From Gemmatimonadota bacterium (GTDB taxonomy: Bacteria > Gemmatimonadota > Gemmatimonadetes > Gemmatimonadales > GWC2-71-9): 22,038 nt of DNA. The position numbers and the translations under genes are program-made. Location of the stretch: the NCBI GenBank assembly GCA_003221005.1, contig QHTZ01000101.1, forward strand, positions 1-22,038, in the 5' to 3' direction. This document shows positions 15,130 to 22,038 of this stretch, piece by piece (the stretch's first letter is position 1; each line of letters opens with the position of its first letter). The notes under the pieces are model-generated. The model was not told the origin of the DNA, did no database searches, and was given only the letters and a program-made list of their open reading frames with translations.

Positions 15130-16715
15130 GCCGGTCCCGGCTGTGGATTGCTGTGGCGCTCGGCGTCGCCGCCGCAGGGTGCGGTGGGGCGCGGCGTGCG
15201 ACGCTGGCCGGCGCAGTGGAGCCCACGAAGCCCGATAGCGCCGCTGCGCCTCGCGCGACCGCCGACTCGCTCGGTGCCGCCGTGGCTCGCGCTGCGCAAG
15301 ATTCCGCCGCGGACCAGGCGGCGTTGGACAGCCTGCATGGGGCGCGGCCGCGGAAGGCTGACTCGGTCGTGGTGCCTGCCGTCGCGCCGCCGGTCCGGGG
15401 GGAAGAGGTGGAGCGGGAGGCGGTGCGCCTGTTCGGTGAGGAAGGGCGTGCGGCGGTCGGGGCGGCTCCCGCAGCCGAGCCGACCTTCGATATCGACGTC
15501 AGCAACTTCGCCGCCAACCGCCGGGTGCTCGAGTACCTGGAGTTCTTCCAGGTAGACGCGAGCGACCGCTTCGCCATCTGGCTCGCCCGGCTGGGGCGCT
15601 ACGAAGGGATGATCCGGGAGCGGCTGCGCGCTAAGGGGCTTCCGGAGGACCTCGTGTATCTGACGCTGGTGGAGAGCGGGCTGTCCAACACCGCGGTGAG
15701 CCGGGCGCGCGCCGTGGGGATGTGGCAGTTCATCGCCGGAACGGCGCGGCTGTACGGCTTGACCGTCGACCCCTGGGTCGACGAGCGGCGCGATCCCTTC
15801 CGGGCCACAGAGGCTGCCGCCAATTATCTGGCCGACCTGCGCGAGCGGCTCGGGGGCAGCGTTTACCTCGCCGCCGCGGCGTACAACGCGGGCGTGGGGC
15901 GCGTGGAACGCGGCATCGGGCGGCTGCCGGGCGAGTCGGACTCCATCACCGACAATACGTTCTTCCAGCTCGCCGACCGACGCTTCCTGCGGCGGGAGAC
16001 GCGCGACTACGTCCCCAAGCTCATCGCCGCGTCGTTCATCGCGAAGCAGCCGGCCCGCTATGGGTTCGGCGAGGTGCGCCCACTCACCCCGCTTGTGTTT
16101 GATGAGGTCACCGTCCCCGACGCGACGGGGCTCGACGTGGTCGCCCGGCTTGCCGACACCACGGTGGACGCCGTGCTGGAGCTCAACCCACAGTTCGTGC
16201 GCGGCATCACGCCCCCCGGCCGCATGGTCACGGTGCGCGTGCCGCGGGGGCGCGGCACGCAGGTCGCGGCGCGTTACGATAGCCTGCCGGTCAACGAGCG
16301 GATCACGTTCGTGGACCACTACGTCTCCGCCGGCCAAACGCTCACCGACATCGCGCGCCGCTACCGGGTGTCCGTGGCCGTGCTCCAGGGCGCGAACCCG
16401 AGCCTGAAGGCGCGCGCGCTGCGGGTCGGGCAACGGATCATCGTGCCGATGAGCGGACGCATCGTGCCCGCGGCTGCTTGGTCCGTGCCGCCCGAGCCGC
16501 GTTACCGGCGGCTGAGCCGGGGGACGCGAGGTGGCCGAGGGGGAGGGGGAGGGGGAGGGGGGGGCCCGAGCACCCATCGCGTGGCCCGTGGAGAAACCTT
16601 GAGCCAGATCGCGAGGGCGTACGGGGTGTCGCTGGCGGAGCTGTTGGACTACAACGACCTGACCCTGGGGTCAGTGATCCGGGCCGGCGCGGTGGTCAAG
16701 ATCCCCGCGCGATGA
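15126..16715 (+). CDS. mltD: MltD-like lytic murein transglycosylase lipoprotein with LysM domains
   Basis: Lipobox AAAG-C; LPEDLVYLTLVESG (catalytic Glu), AVGMWQFI, DERRDP, AAYNAG, ETRDYVPK; LysM repeats (HYVSAGQTLTDIARRY, HRVARGETLSQIARAY). Confidence 0.88.
   Translation: MSRSRLWIAVALGVAAAGCGGARRATLAGAVEPTKPDSAAAPRATADSLGAAVARAAQDSAADQAALDSLHGARPRKADSVVVPAVAPPVRGEEVEREAVRLFGEEGRAAVGAAPAAEPTFDIDVSNFAANRRVLEYLEFFQVDASDRFAIWLARLGRYEGMIRERLRAKGLPEDLVYLTLVESGLSNTAVSRARAVGMWQFIAGTARLYGLTVDPWVDERRDPFRATEAAANYLADLRERLGGSVYLAAAAYNAGVGRVERGIGRLPGESDSITDNTFFQLADRRFLRRETRDYVPKLIAASFIAKQPARYGFGEVRPLTPLVFDEVTVPDATGLDVVARLADTTVDAVLELNPQFVRGITPPGRMVTVRVPRGRGTQVAARYDSLPVNERITFVDHYVSAGQTLTDIARRYRVSVAVLQGANPSLKARALRVGQRIIVPMSGRIVPAAAWSVPPEPRYRRLSRGTRGGRGGGGGGGGGPSTHRVARGETLSQIARAYGVSLAELLDYNDLTLGSVIRAGAVVKIPAR
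16538..16564 (+). repeat. (AGGGGG)n hexamer repeat encoding a poly-Gly linker
   Basis: AGGGGG AGGGGG AGGGGG AGGGGGGGG read directly. Confidence 0.9.
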
Positions 16716-16759
16716 GGGGCGGAGTGTTCCGAGATGAGGAGCGGGTGTGCCGAAAACGC

Positions 16760-16787
16760 GTAGGGGCACGGCATGCCGTGCCCCTAC
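16760..16787. repeat. GTAG-type REP-like perfect palindrome (28 bp)
   Basis: GTAGGGGCACGGCA|TGCCGTGCCCCTAC, intergenic between convergent genes. Confidence 0.8.
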
Positions 16788-16824
16788 ATTGTTCGTGACG
16801 TGTTACCAGCCGATGCGCCGTCGC

Positions 16825-17469
16825 TTACCGCTTGTACCCCTTCATGATCGCGGTCGAGTAGCCGTTTTGCGGGTCCCGTCCGGCGTCGAGCAGCTCCTGT
16901 ACTTTACCCGGTCCCCGGTTGTAGGCGAGCAACGCGAGGCGCAGGTTGCCGTTGTAGCGCTCGAGCAGGTCGCGCAGATAGCGGAAGCCGAGCCGCAGGT
17001 TGGTCGAGCGGTCGAACAGTTGCCGGTACGTGAGCCCGGGCTCGTAGAGGCGGGCAGTGCTGGGTAGCACCTGGGTGTAGCCGAATGCCCCCGCCTTGCT
17101 CTTGGCGTTGGGATTGAAGCCTGATTCCGTCCGCACCAGCCGGAACGCGAGCCCCGGATCGACGCCCTCCGAGAGGGCGACGTCGTAGATCGCGGCGGCC
17201 AAATCGGCCGGAATGTTGTAGTGTGTGGAATAGTCGATGATCGCGTTTGCGCGCTCGAGCTGCAGACGCGCGACCGCAAGCTCGCCGCGGGTCGCTTCGA
17301 GCGACTGTGACAGGGCGCGCAACTCGCCGAGCAGCGCCGGCGCCGTGACGGGCGCGGGCTGGTCGTCGGCGGTCGCCCGATGCGCCCAACCCCCGATGCT
17401 GCTCACCACTAGGGAGCCGAGGAGGATAAATCCCCCCTGCAGCATCAGTCGCTGGGTCTTCGTGTGCAT
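16825..17469 (-). CDS. SLT-domain lytic transglycosylase with N-terminal TM/signal and coiled coil
   Basis: AGGAG RBS; LVRTESGFNPNAKSKAGAFGYTQVLPSTA, NLRLGFRYL and ALLAYNRGPG. Confidence 0.9.
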   Translation of the reverse strand: MHTKTQRLMLQGGFILLGSLVVSSIGGWAHRATADDQPAPVTAPALLGELRALSQSLEATRGELAVARLQLERANAIIDYSTHYNIPADLAAAIYDVALSEGVDPGLAFRLVRTESGFNPNAKSKAGAFGYTQVLPSTARLYEPGLTYRQLFDRSTNLRLGFRYLRDLLERYNGNLRLALLAYNRGPGKVQELLDAGRDPQNGYSTAIMKGYKR

Positions 17470-17535
17470 TCAGTGCTCCTATGTAGAGGCGTCGTCCGGT
17501 CTCTTACAGACTCGCGGCGCGCCGTCAACAATCGA

Positions 17536-18024
17536 TCAAGCGTCACCGGTGGCGTCGCGGCGCCAGGCGCCGCCCATCCCGCCGGTCTTCTCCACCAGTC
17601 GCACACCGTGGATCTCCATTCCGCGATCGGCGGCCTTGACCATGTCGTACGCCGTCAGCAGGGCCACCGACACCGCCGTGAGCGCTTCCATTTCGACGCC
17701 CGTACGGCCTACCGTCTTCGCCGCGGCGCGCACCCGGATCCCCGGGAGCCCGTCGTCCAGCGCCGCCGTGACCTCGACGTGGTCCAGTCCCAGCGGATGA
17801 CACAACGGGATGAGCTCCGCAGTGCGCTTGGCGGCGAGCGTGCCGGCGATCTCGCTCACTGCCAGTACGTCCCCCTTCGCCACAGCCCCCTCGGCGACCA
17901 GGCGGAACGCCTCTCGTGACATCCGGATCGCCCCTTCCGCCACGGCAGTCCGCGCCGTGAGGGGCTTTTCCGCCACGTCCACCATCCGCGCCCGGCCGGC
18001 CGCGTCCACGTGCGACAGCTTCAT
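17536..18024 (-). CDS. moaC: Cyclic pyranopterin monophosphate synthase MoaC
   Basis: [63 protein letters not shown]; ATG at 18024 overlaps the holB stop. Confidence 0.96.
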   Translation of the reverse strand: MKLSHVDAAGRARMVDVAEKPLTARTAVAEGAIRMSREAFRLVAEGAVAKGDVLAVSEIAGTLAAKRTAELIPLCHPLGLDHVEVTAALDDGLPGIRVRAAAKTVGRTGVEMEALTAVSVALLTAYDMVKAADRGMEIHGVRLVEKTGGMGGAWRRDATGDA

Positions 18025-19079
18025 CCGTTGGACCACATCTCGTCCGCCAGAACGGCGGCGAGGAGCTGCGGGTTCACGTTGCCTTGGGCCATCCCCCGCG
18101 CATCGAGCACCCGTGAGATCGCCGCGACCACCGCGCTCGTGTCCTTGCCTGTGCGGGCGGCGCCGCGCAGGTGCTCCAGCAGCCCGTCGAGCAGCGCCGT
18201 GAAGCCACCGCGCGCCTGGAACGGCTGCTGGGCCAGGGCTGTGGCGTAGCGCTGGGCCGGGGAGCCACGCGTCGCAGTGAGAAACGCATTCGCGGCGTCC
18301 CGGTTTCCGACGGAGCCGTCTCCGTCTGACGCAAGGAGCCTGCCAACGCACCCTTCGGCACTGCTAAGTTGTTGTGGCAGTGAGCGTTTGGATGCGTTAC
18401 TGAGCTCGCGCTGCGCGAATTCTGTCAAGACACTGTCTGGGAGTCGTGCCACCCGGACGCGCACGACGCGAGACAGGATGGTCGCCGGCAGCGCATCGGG
18501 CTGCGAGCTCGTCAGCACGAAAACCGTATCTGCCGGCGGCTCCTCGAGGGCCTTGAGCAGGGCATTGGCTGCCTCGGGGCTTGCCTGCTGGGGGACGAGG
18601 CGCTCGGCATCCCCCACGATGAAGACCTTACGGCGTGCGAGCGCAGGCGTCAGGTGGAGCCGGCGCGAGAGCAGACGGACGGAGGCGATGCCGTGGCTTG
18701 CGAGGCCGGACGGGGGCTGGTAGAGCGGCTGCTCCCGCCGCGCGGCCATCTCTTCTGCCAGAGCGTCCTCGACGAGCTCCACCTGTTTTTCCGCGTCCGC
18801 TCCCTTTCGAGTGATCTCGACCGGGACGAACCAGTGGACGTCGGGGTGCGAGAGGTTGAGCACAAGCCTGCACGGCTGGCACTCCCCGCATCCGTCCCCG
18901 GTCGACCGCCCCCCCTCCCGTTCGCAGACCATCCCCTGAGCCAGCCAGAGGGCGAGCCGCTGCTTTCCAACCCCCCGGGGTCCCTCAAACAGCAAGGCTT
19001 GTGGCAACCGGCCGGCGGCGATGGCGCCCGCCAGTCGGTGGCGGACAGGCTCGTGACCATACAGGGGGCGCAAAGGCAT
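18021..19079 (-). CDS. holB: DNA polymerase III subunit delta'
   Basis: [22 protein letters not shown], zinc module [27 protein letters not shown] and TILSR. Confidence 0.88.
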   Translation of the reverse strand: MPLRPLYGHEPVRHRLAGAIAAGRLPQALLFEGPRGVGKQRLALWLAQGMVCEREGGRSTGDGCGECQPCRLVLNLSHPDVHWFVPVEITRKGADAEKQVELVEDALAEEMAARREQPLYQPPSGLASHGIASVRLLSRRLHLTPALARRKVFIVGDAERLVPQQASPEAANALLKALEEPPADTVFVLTSSQPDALPATILSRVVRVRVARLPDSVLTEFAQRELSNASKRSLPQQLSSAEGCVGRLLASDGDGSVGNRDAANAFLTATRGSPAQRYATALAQQPFQARGGFTALLDGLLEHLRGAARTGKDTSAVVAAISRVLDARGMAQGNVNPQLLAAVLADEMWSNG

Positions 19080-19456
19080 GCGGGAATCTAGTGGCGGCGG
19101 TGCAACGCCTCGATGTGGCCGTGCGGAAGCGGCTGCGAGACAACACTTTGGCCGAAATTCCCGGGACTTGCGCCCACCTATCTCGTTATTTCACTGATAT
19201 TTATAGCGATAAGTGAGTACACCCTCACCTCGGTGCGCTTGAAGGAATGTCATGTCTTCGGCGTATCTTCGGTAAAAGTGTGGCGCCTGCGCCGCAGAGT
19301 CGGCCCGCTCCTTGCGTGCTGTGCCATCTCCAAGTCCCGCTGTACCTTGTGCCGCGCGTGACCAGGCGCACCGTCTCTCGGTGCCCATCGCAATGGCGGT
19401 TCCGTGAACCGGGACCCAGCTTAGCGTCGCCGCACCACCCCTGGAGAGGACGGACC

Positions 19457-22038
19457 TTGAGCAGCGGTCGCATCAAGCTCGTGCGGAGCACCCAGACGAC
19501 GGCCCCTGAGGGGCAGCGTGGTGCGGAGGAAGCGCTCCGCGTCACGGCCCGCCAGCAGGAGGCGGTGGCGCACCTGGGCCAGCTTGCGCTGGCGGGCGCG
19601 CCCGTGCCGGCGCTCATGGACGATACCGTCGCCCTTGTGGCCCGCGGCCTCGACGTGGAGTATGCCGGCCTGCTCGAGTTTCGACCCGAGAGCCGCAGCC
19701 TGGCGCTGCGGGCGGGCGTGGGGTGGAACGACGGCTGCGTCGGTCGCACCGTCCTGCCCTCGGAGGGCGACACCCACGGCGGCTACGTGCTCCGGTCCCC
19801 GACACCGGTCGTCGTGGAGGATCTGCCCTCCGACCGCCGCTTCGGGAGCGCCCCGCTCCTGAGTGAGCACGACGTCGTCAGCGGGCTCAGCGTGGTGGTT
19901 CAGGGAAAGGAGCGGCCGTTCGGCATTCTCGGCGCCCATTCCCGCACGGCGCGCGAGTTCACGGTGCACGACGCGCACTTCGTCCAGGCTGTCGCCAACG
20001 TCCTCGCCACGGCGATCGACCGCGCGCGCACCGAAGACGCGCTCCGCAAGAGCGAAGAGCACTTCCGATCGCTCATCGACAACGCTTCCGACATCGTCAC
20101 CATCCTCAGCGAGGACGGCATCTTTCGCTACACCAGCCCGTCGGCGCAGCGGCTGCTGGGGTACGCTCCGTCCGAGCTGCTGGAGCGGAATGCCTTTGAG
20201 TTCGTTCACCCCGACGATCTCCCGGTCGTCGCCGAGGCATTGGCGCGCGCGGTGCAGACGCCCGGAACTCCGCAGTCGGCCGAATTCCGGTTCCGCCACC
20301 GGGACGGCACGTTGCGGGTGCTCGAATCGGTAGGCCAGGCGCGCGTCGACGCCACCGGCGCCGTCACCTACATCGTCAACTCGCGTGACATCACGGAGCG
20401 GCTGGCGCAGGAGCGGGCACTGCGCGCCAGCAAGGAGCGGCTGCGGACGGTGGTCGCCGGCGCGCCCCTGGTGCTGTTCGCGCTCGACCGGGACGGCGTG
20501 TTCCAGCTGGTGGAAGGCAAGGGGCTGGAGGGCATCGGCGTGCGGCCGGCGCAGCTGGTGGGGCAGTCGGCGTTCCAGGTGTACGCGGACCTTCCTCAGG
20601 CCCTCGCCGACCTGCGGCGCGCGCTCGCGGGAGAGTCGTTCTCATCTACGGTCGAAGTGTTCGGCTTTGTGTTCGAGGCATGGTACTCGCCGATGCGCGA
20701 CGCCAACGGTGTAGTGTCCGGGGTGATCGGCGTGGCGACGGACATCACCGAGCGGCGGCGTGCCGAAGAGGCGCTGCGCCGCTCGGAGGAGAGCAACCGT
20801 GCGCTGGTCGAGCACGCCACGTACGGTATCTACCGATCCACGCCGGCGGGCCGGTTCCTCTCCGTCAATCCCGCCCTGGTGAAGATGCTCGGCTACGCCT
20901 CGGAAGAGGCGCTCCTGGCCGTGGATCTGGGGCAGGACGTGTACGCCGACGCGGGTGAGCGTGCCCTCGCGCTCGCCCGCTTCGCCGAGAGCGACAGCGT
21001 GCAGGGCCTGGAGCTAGAATGGAAGCGCAAGGACGGTGCGCGGATCCTGGTGCGGCTCTCCGGGCGCGCTGTGCGGCGGCCCGACGGCAAGATCGAGAGC
21101 TTTGAGACGGTAGCGGAAGACGTCACGGAGCGGCGCGTGCTGGAGGAGCAACTGCGGCAGTCGCAAAAGATCGAGGCACTGGGTCAGCTCACAGGCGGCA
21201 TCGCGCACGATTTCAACAACCTGCTGACCATCATCCTCGCGAACGCCGAGCTGATCCGCAAAGGGCTGAGCCCCGACCGCAAGGATGAGCACGCTGATCT
21301 GCGGGACCTGACCTCCGCTGCGCTGCGCGGCCGCGTGATGGTCAAGGAGCTCCTGGGCTTCGCGCGGCGGTCGAGCCTCGACCTCGAAGCGCTCGAGCTG
21401 GGCGCAGTGCTGGCGAACCTCGGCGGGATGTTGCGCCGCATCGTCCCGGCCGACATCGAGATCGTGCTGGGCGGGGACGACGACCTCCCCGACATCCGGG
21501 CGGACCTGCACGCGATCGAGCAGATCGTCTTCAACCTGATCACGAACGCCCGCGACGCGATGCCGGACGGCGGGGTGCTCCGGATCGACACGGCGCGGGC
21601 GCAGCTCACTGCGGAGCAGCGGGTCGCCGCGGGCGCGACGGCCGCGACCAATTGGGTGTGTCTCGCGGTCGAGGACACCGGGGTGGGGATGGACGAGGCA
21701 ACCCGCGTGCGCGTGTTCGAGCCCTTCTTCACGACCAAGCCGGCCGGCAAGGGGACAGGCCTCGGCATGGCGACGGTGTACGGGCTCGTGAAGCAGCACG
21801 GCGGAGTGATCCAGGTGGACAGCTCGTCCGGACTGGGTACGCGAGTCAAGGTGTACTTCCCGGCGCTGTCCGAGAGCGACGTAGCGTCGGACGGCCGCCA
21901 GTCTGGCCCGCATCAGGCGGTCGGCGGGACCGAAACGATTCTCGTGGTCGAGGACGAAGACGCCGTGCGGCGTGCGGCCAAACGTATTCTCGAGCAATCG
22001 GGCTATCAGGTGCTCACGGCGGCCGACGGGCAGGAGGC
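19457..22038 (+). CDS. Hybrid sensor histidine kinase GAF-PAS-PAS-PAS-HisKA-HATPase-REC, truncated by the window end (absent from the ORF track)
   Basis: Translated by hand in frame +2: GGAGAGGA RBS then TTG at 19457; GAF (RQQEAVAHLGQLAL...FVQAVANVLATAI); three PAS/PAC units; LTGGIAHDFNN, NARDAM, FEPFFTTK, GTGLGM; REC begins TILVVEDE. The same frame holds at the window end. Confidence 0.93.
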   Translation, partial: MSSGRIKLVRSTQTTAPEGQRGAEEALRVTARQQEAVAHLGQLALAGAPVPALMDDTVALVARGLDVEYAGLLEFRPESRSLALRAGVGWNDGCVGRTVLPSEGDTHGGYVLRSPTPVVVEDLPSDRRFGSAPLLSEHDVVSGLSVVVQGKERPFGILGAHSRTAREFTVHDAHFVQAVANVLATAIDRARTEDALRKSEEHFRSLIDNASDIVTILSEDGIFRYTSPSAQRLLGYAPSELLERNAFEFVHPDDLPVVAEALARAVQTPGTPQSAEFRFRHRDGTLRVLESVGQARVDATGAVTYIVNSRDITERLAQERALRASKERLRTVVAGAPLVLFALDRDGVFQLVEGKGLEGIGVRPAQLVGQSAFQVYADLPQALADLRRALAGESFSSTVEVFGFVFEAWYSPMRDANGVVSGVIGVATDITERRRAEEALRRSEESNRALVEHATYGIYRSTPAGRFLSVNPALVKMLGYASEEALLAVDLGQDVYADAGERALALARFAESDSVQGLELEWKRKDGARILVRLSGRAVRRPDGKIESFETVAEDVTERRVLEEQLRQSQKIEALGQLTGGIAHDFNNLLTIILANAELIRKGLSPDRKDEHADLRDLTSAALRGRVMVKELLGFARRSSLDLEALELGAVLANLGGMLRRIVPADIEIVLGGDDDLPDIRADLHAIEQIVFNLITNARDAMPDGGVLRIDTARAQLTAEQRVAAGATAATNWVCLAVEDTGVGMDEATRVRVFEPFFTTKPAGKGTGLGMATVYGLVKQHGGVIQVDSSSGLGTRVKVYFPALSESDVASDGRQSGPHQAVGGTETILVVEDEDAVRRAAKRILEQSGYQVLTAADGQE

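Noticed and set aside
18355-18450. Internal promoter in an AT-richer patch of holB (TTGACA on the minus strand at 18423-18428)
   Set aside because: No acceptable -10 element at 16-18 bp spacing.
19421-21997. Long minus-strand ORFs (19421-20299, 21014-21997, 21184-21849) and similar antisense ORFs elsewhere
   Set aside because: These are shadows of GC-rich genes on the opposite strand with no recognisable motifs; the plus-strand kinase explains the region.

Overview
GC-rich bacterial window; gene style suggests Gemmatimonadota (inference). Left part (1-7716): 3' end of an outer-membrane beta-barrel gene, an ECF sigma/ZAS anti-sigma pair, a Spy/CpxP-like protein, two lipoproteins (cupredoxin-like and beta-propeller), an OsmC-family gene, tRNA-Lys(UUU) and a PQQ-repeat secreted protein. 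Middle: SRPBCC protein, REC-HisKA-HATPase-REC kinase, and a coupled operon of ilvE, MerA-like flavoprotein, TVP38/DedA and two rSAM/selenodomain-associated (arsenosugar-type) transferases. Right: three small unknown genes coupled to an MltD-like LysM transglycosylase, a convergent SLT gene, moaC, holB and a GAF-PAS-PAS-PAS hybrid kinase running off the end. The strongest signal, missed by the ORF track, is the OsmC gene (6076-6516): an in-frame TGA sits exactly at the catalytic Cys position and is followed by a SECIS-like hairpin, so it is a probable selenoprotein. It also appears to start at ATA, and the gene across the tRNA appears to start at ACG. All calls are from reading the sequence; no database searches were run.
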